From the IMG/VR virus record IMGVR_UViG_3300032167_000030: a stretch of DNA of 64,000 nucleotides; one strand, given 5' to 3'. Source of the DNA: an uncultured virus (IMG/VR IMGVR_UViG_3300032167_000030) (lineage: Duplodnaviria; Heunggongvirae; Uroviricota; Caudoviricetes). Numbering within the stretch: the first letter of the stretch is position 1; every line of letters starts with the position of its first letter. Below, in pieces: positions 9,662-19,346 of the stretch. The notes beneath the pieces are model-generated. The model was not told the origin of the DNA, did not search any database, and worked only from the letters and a program-made list of their open reading frames with translations. The position numbers were made by a program, and so were the translations under genes.

Positions 9662-10450
9662 ATGATTTTAGATAATCTAGTTAATAAATCTTATGAGAAT
9701 TTATTAGAAGCTCAAAATTGTATTCATGAATTAGAGATGAAAATGATTAAATGTGAGCATTATTGTCTAGTTAATGAAGATAGTAATCTATTATTAGAAG
9801 CTGAAAATGATTTTAAAGAAAAAGTAAAATCTACTATTAAGAATATGGTTTCTAAATTCTTAGAATTTATTGAAGAAGTTCGTATTAAATGGACTTCTTT
9901 TATGTCTAATATTGCTAAAAAATTCTTAAATCAAACCATATATGAAGTAATGTTAGAAGTTATTAAAGATGAAGAAATTACTTTAGAAATTGATAGATCT
10001 GAACTTGATAATATTAGTGGCATATTTCTTGATATTGTTAGTTTAAGGTTTGAATCACTTAATGATGATGAGAAATTTAATAAAACACTTCATTTAATTG
10101 AAAATGGAGAAATTAGTAAAGTTGGTAAAGTTAGAATCACTAAAGAATATATTGAAGACGCTGATGCATTTTTACATTCTATACCTGACTATATTGGGCA
10201 GTTAAATAAAATTAAGGCAAAAGTTAAAGAATTAGCTGCAAATGATATTAAAAATGAAAGTAATTCAAATAATTTAGTAACTTCTAAATATATTCATCTT
10301 ATTAATAAATTAATTATTCGTATTAATAAAGCATCTATTACCGCTATAAAGATTTGTAGAGCTTGCTATCATAAAACTACCAATAAAGAGGGAGTTAAAA
10401 ATATAAAAGAAGTTTATAAAACGGCTAAACGAAAAGGTTATGTTAAATAA
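9662..10450 (+). CDS. Putative virion (head) protein
   Basis: 262 aa; AACA-N6-TA motif at 9563; N-terminal L-x-E sites. Confidence 0.5.
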   Translation: MILDNLVNKSYENLLEAQNCIHELEMKMIKCEHYCLVNEDSNLLLEAENDFKEKVKSTIKNMVSKFLEFIEEVRIKWTSFMSNIAKKFLNQTIYEVMLEVIKDEEITLEIDRSELDNISGIFLDIVSLRFESLNDDEKFNKTLHLIENGEISKVGKVRITKEYIEDADAFLHSIPDYIGQLNKIKAKVKELAANDIKNESNSNNLVTSKYIHLINKLIIRINKASITAIKICRACYHKTTNKEGVKNIKEVYKTAKRKGYVK

Positions 10451-10478
10451 TTGATTTTTTTTAAAGAGGAATAAGGAT

Positions 10479-11159
10479 TTACCTTATTCCTCTTTCTTTT
10501 TTCTCTAGTTCTCTTTCAAACATATTTCTTTTATTCTTTAATACAACTAGTAATTGTTCCATCTCACGAATACACTTTACTATTTCAGCTTCATAGCCAC
10601 CAAGCTTTACTGTATCACTAGCTTTACCTATTTCACCTATACTGTTTTTAGCAGCATTAGCTATCTTTAAACCTTTACTCATTTTAGAGATTTTATCAGC
10701 TTTTTCTACAATCTTTGCAGGTATTTTAGTAAAGTTAAGTAACTTAGCAATAATTCTTTTTGATTTAGTAATTTTTTTAGCATTAGTAACTAAAGATGGT
10801 AAAGCTTTAGCAGCACCAGCAATACTAATGTAAATACTCAATACTATTACAGCTATTTTTATACTAGTTGATAGAATAGTATCGATCTTGTTTAATCTTT
10901 CGATTTTTGATTTCTCATCTTCTGATTTAGAACGATAATCAGCTAATTCTTTTTTTGCTAATTCTAGCTTATCTTCGTATGTTTGGATTAAACCATCTAG
11001 TCTCGTAATCTTAGCTTTATCAAATCCAGGAATATATGTCATTAGCTGGCATTGATTTCTGATTTTAGAGATATAATCAGATGCTAACTTTCCTTTAGCA
11101 TATGCTTCAGTCAAGTATTGTTCGTTATACACTTCATAATCTATCTTATCTAAGAACAT
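10479..11159 (-). CDS. Hypothetical (possible virion) protein with hydrophobic segment
   Basis: 226 aa ORF; LTE site near the N terminus. Confidence 0.5.
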   Translation of the reverse strand: MFLDKIDYEVYNEQYLTEAYAKGKLASDYISKIRNQCQLMTYIPGFDKAKITRLDGLIQTYEDKLELAKKELADYRSKSEDEKSKIERLNKIDTILSTSIKIAVIVLSIYISIAGAAKALPSLVTNAKKITKSKRIIAKLLNFTKIPAKIVEKADKISKMSKGLKIANAAKNSIGEIGKASDTVKLGGYEAEIVKCIREMEQLLVVLKNKRNMFERELEKKERGIR

Positions 11160-11189
11160 TTTCTATTCTACACCACACTTTCATCATTT

Positions 11190-12527
11190 TTAAGAGAATG
11201 ATAAATAGTCTTTAGTTAGTCTTGCAAAAGACACTACAACATCAGTTTCATATAGATCTTTACCTATTTTTACAAAGTTAGTTGACATATTTTCAGCTTC
11301 ATACATACCATTGTAATCTGAATAGGAATCATCTAAAAATGATAAGTATATGGTTTTGTTCATAGTTAAGAACCAAGTATCAATATCTTTGAATCTTCCT
11401 TCATATCTTAATTCACTACGACTTATAGCTGATAACATTTCTTCTTCAGCATAAGTATTAGTATTTTGATTAAAGTAGTATTTTTTCTTACTTTCTCTAT
11501 CAGAAGAACCTAAATTGACATTTTCTGCAGTATAGTTATTCTCTAATTCATCAACATTTACTTCTCTTTTCTCTTGATTATTAGATTGAATAACCATTTC
11601 ATTACCATAAATATCCTTATTTGACTTATCGTTGAATGTAAAAGCATCAGAGTTTGGCATTAGCAAATAATAAGTCTTAGTAGCATTATCAAAATAACAA
11701 CCCGATGTTTCTGTTGCAGATTTACCTATATAACAGATTACATTCTTGTATTCTATAGGTGGTTCTTCTGCGACTGGTTCATTTTCCTTTATATCGTGCG
11801 TTAGACAGTAAGATCTATCAAAGTCAAAGAACAATCTTAAACCAGATTTATAAATACCATAAGTATCTTGTATATACTGTATTGTCTGAGATAGATTCTT
11901 TCCAGGCAATACTATCTGTTTCATAATTTCATTTTTTCTATTAGACTTTTGTATTAAGATTTTTTGTTTTGCTTTAGATAATAGATGAACTAACATGTTA
12001 TCTAGTTTAACATTATTGTAAATTCCAGTAATAGGTTTTTTATTTATAGCCAAATGCTCAGATTTAAAAAGTTCTAGATGTATTTGTATTTTTTTAGCAT
12101 TAATAAAGCCACCTTTATATTGTTCTGATTCATCACGGAAACGAGCTTTATCATAATCAGATAATTCTAACATTAAATCCTTATAAACAGATTCTGCAGC
12201 TGCATTAGTATAATGTATATCATTAACTACATAATCTACATCACCAGTTATAGGTATCTTATATAAATTTAGTCTAAACTTAACATTATTTACATTATTA
12301 CATATTTTCATGTGTTCATTTGGACTCAAATTTATAGAAACAGATACAATAGGAAAAATGAAATCATTATAAAATTGAAATATCTTAAATTCGTAAATAG
12401 AATCAGAAAGATACATTACTTCGCTACCAATAATTGCAGCAAATGAGATTTTGTGAACATAATGATGATTTTTTATTTGGTTATTATAAGATTTAGGTCC
12501 TAATAAGATTGGTGAGCTTAATGACAT
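11190..12527 (-). CDS. Hypothetical protein (possible baseplate/tail component)
   Basis: 445 aa ORF with strong SD; the function is a guess. Confidence 0.4.
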   Translation of the reverse strand: MSLSSPILLGPKSYNNQIKNHHYVHKISFAAIIGSEVMYLSDSIYEFKIFQFYNDFIFPIVSVSINLSPNEHMKICNNVNNVKFRLNLYKIPITGDVDYVVNDIHYTNAAAESVYKDLMLELSDYDKARFRDESEQYKGGFINAKKIQIHLELFKSEHLAINKKPITGIYNNVKLDNMLVHLLSKAKQKILIQKSNRKNEIMKQIVLPGKNLSQTIQYIQDTYGIYKSGLRLFFDFDRSYCLTHDIKENEPVAEEPPIEYKNVICYIGKSATETSGCYFDNATKTYYLLMPNSDAFTFNDKSNKDIYGNEMVIQSNNQEKREVNVDELENNYTAENVNLGSSDRESKKKYYFNQNTNTYAEEEMLSAISRSELRYEGRFKDIDTWFLTMNKTIYLSFLDDSYSDYNGMYEAENMSTNFVKIGKDLYETDVVVSFARLTKDYLSFS

Positions 12528-12580
12528 ATATCTAAAAATTCACCTTCCTTTCAAAAAAAAAACGGTCTAGTATTTAAATA

Positions 12581-13777
12581 CTAGACCGACTCATATTCTT
12601 CTCCTAACATTAATTCTTCTAAATGTAAAGGATATTTTTCATAATATTCTGCGTTTATATCTACTAAAGATTTCATATCTTGTAAATCTTTAACTGTAAA
12701 AGTAGATAAGATTTCACTATCAGATAATGACATATACATGGTAGGAACATGGAATAGTGAAATATTTCGTTCTAGTATATGGTATTGTTCAGGAGTTATA
12801 GAACTCTTTATTTCATTAAGAAATATAGAAGGTTCTTTATAATTAATGTTAGAAATTACATTTTCATCTAATAGTTTTTTGAATAGCTTACAGGTCTTTA
12901 ATTCAGCATAACCTTTACAACCTTCTATAGAATATTTCTTATGACCGCTAAAAGAATATAGATAAGGTAGTAATTGAGGGTTTAAAGTAAACTCATCTTT
13001 CTTACAAAATAATTCTATTAAGTCATTCTGACTATACAGGTTTACATTACCATAACTAGATGTAAGTAAATAAGTATTCTTATTCTGTAGACAGTTTAGC
13101 ATTTGTACTTTATCATTAGAATATATAATAGCCATTTCGTCTGATTCTTGACAACCAATAAAGTGATAAGGTGCTAAGTTAGGATTAATCTCCTTTGTAT
13201 TTACAAAGTAGATATGAGGTAGATAGTTAGTAAGAATTTCACATAGATTTAAGTTAGATTTGATCAGTTTATTCATAAGAATGAATTCTGAATTGTTATC
13301 TAAACGTTTCTTGTAAAACTCTTCTCTATAATCTGGATATATTTCTAGTTCCTTTTCACTCTTTTCAGTTGAATAGAAAAATACAAAATTGGTGTATAGC
13401 TGTTTACGTGTAGCAAAATAGTTACGAAAATGTGCTGCTAGGTTGATCAGATTTGATGAGAAAATGAAAGATTTTTCATCATTAAATGCAGAAATGTTTT
13501 CAAGAATACTTGGATTGTATAGATTGTTTATGATACTAAAAACATCAATATACATGGTAACAGTTGTAATGTTTTTAGGAATCTTAGTGAATAAAGAATT
13601 TAGAATTTCATAACGAATTTTCTTAGCATTAAGAATTTTTTCCATAGTTGTATCAGAATTATGGATATCATCTTGCTCTAATTCTTTTTCAGTCATTTGA
13701 CTTCTTGGTTTTGTTTTGTTAAAATCTCGTCTTACTTTAATCATTATATTTACACACCACCTTACTTTATTAGACAA
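12581..13777 (-). CDS. Putative FEN/T4 RNase H-like 5'-3' nuclease-fold protein (degenerate)
   Basis: YIDVFS; YPDYR; SNDK; SGHKKYSIEGCKGYAELKTCKL resembles the H3TH motif GD.SDNIPGV.GIG.KTA.KL. Confidence 0.45.
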   Translation of the reverse strand: MSNKVRWCVNIMIKVRRDFNKTKPRSQMTEKELEQDDIHNSDTTMEKILNAKKIRYEILNSLFTKIPKNITTVTMYIDVFSIINNLYNPSILENISAFNDEKSFIFSSNLINLAAHFRNYFATRKQLYTNFVFFYSTEKSEKELEIYPDYREEFYKKRLDNNSEFILMNKLIKSNLNLCEILTNYLPHIYFVNTKEINPNLAPYHFIGCQESDEMAIIYSNDKVQMLNCLQNKNTYLLTSSYGNVNLYSQNDLIELFCKKDEFTLNPQLLPYLYSFSGHKKYSIEGCKGYAELKTCKLFKKLLDENVISNINYKEPSIFLNEIKSSITPEQYHILERNISLFHVPTMYMSLSDSEILSTFTVKDLQDMKSLVDINAEYYEKYPLHLEELMLGEEYESV

Positions 13778-14073
13778 ATGTCAAATATAGTTTTCTTAAT
13801 TTTTGTAAATAGACTTTCTAAATCGTCATCGTATATCTGTATAATATACTCATAGTTTCCATCATCATTCAATGTCTGTTTGAATTTGATATTTGTTCCC
13901 ATAACAGTACTATTCATACGTCTTTTATTATTATCACTAATAACCATTAATAATACATCTAAATCATTAAGTTTTAAAATCTTAAACTTTAATTTATAGA
14001 TTTCAATTTCACTTTTAAAAACATCCTCTAATATATCAATAAAATCCTTTTCAATAAATGCACATGTAATCAT
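13762..14073 (-). CDS. Hypothetical protein
   Basis: 103 aa ORF, SD AAGGAG. Confidence 0.65.
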   Translation of the reverse strand: MITCAFIEKDFIDILEDVFKSEIEIYKLKFKILKLNDLDVLLMVISDNNKRRMNSTVMGTNIKFKQTLNDDGNYEYIIQIYDDDLESLFTKIKKTIFDICLIK

Positions 14074-14141
14074 ATAGGATTCTCCTTTATATAAAATTTT
14101 GAGAGTATAGGTTATATCATTTACCTATACTCTCAAAACAA

Positions 14142-14435
14142 TCATTCTTCATCTTCTTTAGTGAAGTATCTTTCTAGATTCTTAGTATTGATCTTTTGTA
14201 GAGCAATTAGATCATCTAGATTTAAGGTTACACCCTTACCAGCAACTACACTACCATCATCCTTATACTGCCACTTTCTAATGTCAATAACTTCTTGCTT
14301 ATAGTTTCCCCAAGTCATGATATTGACTTGCTTGACCCAGCCTTTGTTATCAGGTTCACATAGATCAGCAACATGTTCAATGATTGTATATTTAAGTTCT
14401 CTACTAGCCATAAAATTTTCTCCTTTTCTATACAA
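14142..14435 (-). CDS. YdbC/PC4-family ssDNA-binding protein (likely start 14411)
   Basis: GWVKQVNIMTWG...IDIRKW...GKGVTL. Confidence 0.8.
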   Translation of the reverse strand: MYRKGENFMASRELKYTIIEHVADLCEPDNKGWVKQVNIMTWGNYKQEVIDIRKWQYKDDGSVVAGKGVTLNLDDLIALQKINTKNLERYFTKEDEE

Positions 14436-14517
14436 ATTCTATAAAATACATTTATAGAACTGTTAGAAAAGGAGATTTTTATCATAAAAAAGTATAGTAT
14501 AAATTATATAAACTAGA

Positions 14518-14988
14518 TTATAGCTTATATGGTTTAATAGCTTCATTTATGTTTTCTTTAAAGAACTTAACACCTTGTTCATTGATTTTCTTTAAATTGC
14601 TATCAAATTCTTCTTTAGCAATTCTTTCAGCTTCTTTTAAATCATTCTTTAACTGACTTAACTTAGCTTCCTTTTCTTTAGTAGTAACTGCTTTATTACT
14701 AAAGTATTCTGCTATAAAAGGTAAAAGAATTCTTCTACAAGCTTCACTACCAGCTAGAATGAAAGCTTGAACGCAATCAGGTTCTAGTAGTTCTTTGATT
14801 TCTGCTAGATTACCAGTCATTTTAGATTTCTTAAATTTCTCTTGAGTGATAATGGATTTAGCAAACTTAGCACAACTAGCAATCATTCTATTGAAAACAT
14901 CACCAGAAAATCTATTATTTAGTACAGGAGTTTCTGACAGGAATATACAATTTTTATACATTTCTCGTTGATTCTCGTTCAAAATCAT
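14518..14988 (-). CDS. Putative internal head protein (MILNE-leader family)
   Basis: N terminus MILNENQREMYKNCIFLSE shared with 38672 and 39119; AACA-N6-TA at 15031-15042. Confidence 0.55.
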   Translation of the reverse strand: MILNENQREMYKNCIFLSETPVLNNRFSGDVFNRMIASCAKFAKSIITQEKFKKSKMTGNLAEIKELLEPDCVQAFILAGSEACRRILLPFIAEYFSNKAVTTKEKEAKLSQLKNDLKEAERIAKEEFDSNLKKINEQGVKFFKENINEAIKPYKL

Positions 14989-15184
14989 TTATAACAAACC
15001 TTCTTTCTGTATTAGAAGTTCTATATACTTTATTGTATTGTTTTTAAAAGAAAATTAGAGTATCTAGACAGAAAATCTAGATACTCTAATTGTGGATAAG
15101 TTAAAAGAAAGGAAATAAAAATGTCATCTTTAAGAATAGAAAATGTAATATGATTTTATTGATGATCTATTAATTTGTTCGTTT

Positions 15185-17959
15185 TTAAACTTTAAAAAGT
15201 ACAGTTTTATTACTCATAAAATCTTTATTGTTTTCATCAATTCCATTATCTTTTAACAGAATCATATCGATTGGGATATTCTCAAACTCATTGTTATGAG
15301 AAATGATAAACACTTGTTCAGAATTTAGTACTTTCATTTGAGTCTGAACCATATCGATAAAGCTTCTACGATTAGTTGTATCTAAAGCTCCATCTAATTC
15401 GTCTAATAGGAAAATGTTGTATTTCTTCATAGACTGCTCGATTAAAGCTAGAGATAGAGAAAGAGAAGTAAGAGCAGTTTCACCCTGAGATGCTTGAGAG
15501 ATATCAGATAGAATATCACCATTATTCTTATAGACCTTAATGAAGAAGTCTTTATCTGTAACCTCGAATGCTATGGCAAACTTACCATTTTGAGAAATAT
15601 CTAGAAGATTGTTAGTTATGAACTTAGTCTTATCTAAGTAGTTTTCAATGAAATACACTGGGATACCCTTAGTAGGATTAAGTGCATCTTTAATACAAGA
15701 AGTCTTTTCATAGTTGTCTTCTAGTGTTTTCTTACGATCAGTATATTCCTTTAGTTTACTAATCTTAATCTTTACCTTATCTAAAGCAGACTCAATTAGA
15801 GGTAACTGTTTACTATAAGAATCTTTCTCTTCCTTTTGTTCAGATACAACTGTAGCTAAATCAGAAATTTCTAATAGAACTTTTTCAGTATTATCAAAAT
15901 TGGATTTTACTTCATTATACTTTTCTAAGAATTTTTTTTCTTCTTTAAAGTATTCTAGAATTGTATTAAGTTCTACTAATCTACTCTCTGATTTATCCTT
16001 ATTTTCATTATAGTCAGAAATAGTTAGATTGCATCTAGCAATTTCTTTTGTTAGTTTTTCTTTCTTGTCTTCTAGTTCCTTTAATTCCTTAGATAGTTCC
16101 TTATGAATCTTATCAATACTTTCATTAGCTTTGATCTTATCTTGAATTACTTCATTTTCCTTCTTTAATCCAGAAATTTCATCATTTAGAGAAACGAAGT
16201 ACTTTAGGTTCTCAGAACCATCAAGTAATAGAGACTTACGATCAATCTTAGATGTAGTTAAGAAATACTTCATTAAATCATTGAATGAAGTAAAACTTAC
16301 TTTAGCTAATACATCATTTACAAGAGGGAATCCATCTTTGTAATTGTTATATACTTTTTCAATTTCAAGAATTAATTCCTTAACACTATCAAAGATATAG
16401 ACATTATTTTCTAAAGTTTCTAGTTCACTATCTATTTTTGCTATATCTTTAAAAATTTCTTCTATTTCAGCCTCAATATTCTGATACTTTAATGCAGTTG
16501 AAATGAAAGGACAACTATCAGTAATACAATCAGCAGGTCTTTGTTTTAGAATTTCTAGGTATTTCTTATTAGAAATAGCTTCTGATAGCTTATTCTCTAG
16601 ATTTCTTTTTTCTTTTTCTTTATCTTCTATATCGACCTTATACTGATTTAGCTGATTTAAGAAATCTTTCCATGTCATTACCTTTGTAATGAAAATCTTT
16701 TCTAGTATATTTCTATACTCAATACTAATTCTACTTTCGATACTATCAAGTACATTGTATACTTGTCTCATTGTAACAGCAAGTAAAGGTATACCTTTAG
16801 CATTTAGTAAAGAGTCTGTTTTGAAATTAGATAAATCTAGTTTAGCCAATTCTTCATTTAGCATGTATAGACGGTTAAGATTTTTAGTCTCCATAGTTCT
16901 TAGATTTTCTAGATCATCATTATCCATTCCATCTAACTGTTTCTGTTTAGCTTTAATATTTACTAAAACAGTACCTAGATTTTCCTTACTGTTACCTAAA
17001 CCTTCACTAACTAGTAGGATACTATTCTTAAACTCAGTTATACTCTTTTCACATTCAGTTATTTCTTTTTCAATTTCTTCTAGAGAATAGTTAGATGTAA
17101 TTTCTTCAATCTTAACTTTCTCTTTTTCTAGTTTAGTTAATTCCTTAGTATATGGATTTTCATATCTATTAGACTTCAGTAATCCATCTTTATCTAATGT
17201 GTTTACTGTAGTTTTAGCAGTAACAATCTTGTTATTACACTTTTCAATGGATTTTCTTATAGTTTCTAACTGTTTTTCCAATCTATTCTTTTCTAGATTT
17301 AGTGTATTTTCATCATCTAGTTTAAGTATTTCGTCTGATAAATACTTGATTTCTTTAGTCATAATCTTGTACTTATCATTAACGATCTTATAACGCTTTA
17401 AGTATTCATCGATATCTGGTAGAAATGTAGAGATATACTTTTTACGATTAGCTGTAGATAGGTCAATGAAGTTAGTTACATTAGAGCCAATACGAGAAAT
17501 CTTAAAAAATTCCTCATCTACACCTAAGTAAGTTTCTACAGCTTCTTTAAAAGTAATAACACCACCATTTTCATTAAGTTCTTCACCATATAAGTCGGCT
17601 ATTTCATCTTTAGCTTGAGGTTTTGATAGATAACTTTGGTATTCCATCTTAGCAATATAGGACTTAGTCTTATTTTTAGCTGATGTATAGTGACGAATCA
17701 TATATACTATATCATCTAGCAGATAATGGATTTCTTTTTCACCATCTTTACCTTCAATAAAGAATCTGTCTCGTTCATCATTACATGTACCAGTAAATGG
17801 GTGTAATGAACTAACTAGTGTAGTCTTACCACTTCCGTTGCCACCAAAAAGCATGACAATATTGTTACTACCTTTAGTGAAATCAATCTCAATTTCTCGC
17901 TTACTAGTGCCTGCATAAATACCAGCTGAATTAACTAATCTTAAGTAAAGTATCTTCAT
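15185..17959 (-). CDS. SbcC/Rad50-like SMC ATPase
   Basis: Walker A GGNGSGKT, coiled coils, central CITDSCP hook-like motif, signature SQGE, Walker B LLDELDGALD, ISH. Confidence 0.9.
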   Translation of the reverse strand: MKILYLRLVNSAGIYAGTSKREIEIDFTKGSNNIVMLFGGNGSGKTTLVSSLHPFTGTCNDERDRFFIEGKDGEKEIHYLLDDIVYMIRHYTSAKNKTKSYIAKMEYQSYLSKPQAKDEIADLYGEELNENGGVITFKEAVETYLGVDEEFFKISRIGSNVTNFIDLSTANRKKYISTFLPDIDEYLKRYKIVNDKYKIMTKEIKYLSDEILKLDDENTLNLEKNRLEKQLETIRKSIEKCNNKIVTAKTTVNTLDKDGLLKSNRYENPYTKELTKLEKEKVKIEEITSNYSLEEIEKEITECEKSITEFKNSILLVSEGLGNSKENLGTVLVNIKAKQKQLDGMDNDDLENLRTMETKNLNRLYMLNEELAKLDLSNFKTDSLLNAKGIPLLAVTMRQVYNVLDSIESRISIEYRNILEKIFITKVMTWKDFLNQLNQYKVDIEDKEKEKRNLENKLSEAISNKKYLEILKQRPADCITDSCPFISTALKYQNIEAEIEEIFKDIAKIDSELETLENNVYIFDSVKELILEIEKVYNNYKDGFPLVNDVLAKVSFTSFNDLMKYFLTTSKIDRKSLLLDGSENLKYFVSLNDEISGLKKENEVIQDKIKANESIDKIHKELSKELKELEDKKEKLTKEIARCNLTISDYNENKDKSESRLVELNTILEYFKEEKKFLEKYNEVKSNFDNTEKVLLEISDLATVVSEQKEEKDSYSKQLPLIESALDKVKIKISKLKEYTDRKKTLEDNYEKTSCIKDALNPTKGIPVYFIENYLDKTKFITNNLLDISQNGKFAIAFEVTDKDFFIKVYKNNGDILSDISQASQGETALTSLSLSLALIEQSMKKYNIFLLDELDGALDTTNRRSFIDMVQTQMKVLNSEQVFIISHNNEFENIPIDMILLKDNGIDENNKDFMSNKTVLFKV

Positions 17960-18119
17960 TTGTTCTATCCTTTCTTCTCATTTTCCTTTTTATATTTTTA
18001 GTTTTTATAGATTTTTTATAGTGCTTACATTTGTAATCCTTTCGAAATTTTTTACAGGTCAAATAATCACAGAAATAACACTCCCAACAGCCAATTTTCT
18101 TATGAGAATTACCTTTCAT
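17931..18119 (-). CDS. Small Cys-rich basic protein
   Basis: CWEC..C....C......C; SD AAGGAG. Confidence 0.5.
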   Translation of the reverse strand: MKGNSHKKIGCWECYFCDYLTCKKFRKDYKCKHYKKSIKTKNIKRKMRRKDRTNEDTLLKIS

Positions 18120-18316
18120 TAAATTTCTCCTTAAGAATTTTTAATTTCATATCTAATGTATTATATATATTCAAAAATAAAGTAAAAAAAAAAGAAAGGG
18201 AAAGTATTATAAAATACTTTCCCCTTTATATTTAAAGTTTAGTAACTTTACTTAACATTAACCTTTTCTTTCGCTTTCGCTTAGATCGCTTACATCTAGT
18301 TCAACTTCGATAGGCA

Positions 18317-19015
18317 TTAATCCAGACCTCCTTCCTCTAATGGAATGAGATCTGAACATAACCCAAAGTAGTTTGAGGTTATGTTCATATTTCTAATTGT
18401 ATAGTGTATTAGAAATATAGACTCTTTATCTGTATTATAAATTTTTAGATTGAATTCTTTAGTTGAAGCTAATAGTTTTCCTAGATACTTAGGAAATATA
18501 GAAATCATTAGAAAGTTAGTTAGATTTTCATCTGTAAATGAGATACAATTGTTTGCTAGATCAGCAAACATTCTGTTAGATTTTTCCCCTATAAACTTTG
18601 TTAATTCATCTTTTGTAAAATTGTAATCAAAAATTCTATTTTTGACTTCTGTATTTAAGTCTTCAAAAAAGTTTTTAATTCTCTTTAGTTTTGCTGTATC
18701 TGTTTTTTCCCATTTGAATTTTAGACTTGTATTTGGAATACTTGTAATGATTTCTATAGAGTTATCTTCATCAAACTTAATTCCTGTAACTGATTTTTTA
18801 TAATCTTTTAGAAAATCATTAAACTCGTCTACTTGAATCTTGAATGTTTTATCACTAAAATATTCTCCACCCTTTTTGTCCTCTTTAAAATCTGTAAATG
18901 CTTGTACTAATTGTTCTTCATCATACGTATAAGAGATTCCTTGGTCAAAGTATATATACCTATTAGTAGATATACCTTTTGTTTGTGCTATAAATTCTGT
19001 CAGTCTATTAACCAT
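18317..19015 (-). CDS. Hypothetical protein
   Basis: 232 aa ORF. Confidence 0.7.
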   Translation of the reverse strand: MVNRLTEFIAQTKGISTNRYIYFDQGISYTYDEEQLVQAFTDFKEDKKGGEYFSDKTFKIQVDEFNDFLKDYKKSVTGIKFDEDNSIEIITSIPNTSLKFKWEKTDTAKLKRIKNFFEDLNTEVKNRIFDYNFTKDELTKFIGEKSNRMFADLANNCISFTDENLTNFLMISIFPKYLGKLLASTKEFNLKIYNTDKESIFLIHYTIRNMNITSNYFGLCSDLIPLEEGGLD

Positions 19016-19346
19016 TACGTATAATCATTTCTCCTCCTGTCAATGTACGATTAGTCTACTATTGGTGTCTGTGTGTGATTTGTTTTTGAATTAAAGATAA
19101 GATCATTTTATTTGTTTGATACTATATAGTATAGCATGATTCATTACTTGTTTTTGATACATTTCAATATACTGATTCATTAAAGCTTGATGTTACTTTC
19201 ACAGCGAATGATTTTCTTTAATTCAAAAACTAAAAGATGATTTAAAGATAGAATGAATGATTTTTGTGCCAATGATACAAAAAACTTCCACTGATTATTC
19301 ATTCTATCTCTAAATCTAGTTTAAAATATATACTTATAAATCTTGA

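Noticed and set aside
16689..17393. Plus-strand ORFs inside the SbcC gene (likewise 20386, 25707, 27570, 30973, 33802, 35737, 51704)
   Set aside because: Antisense shadows of well-supported genes.
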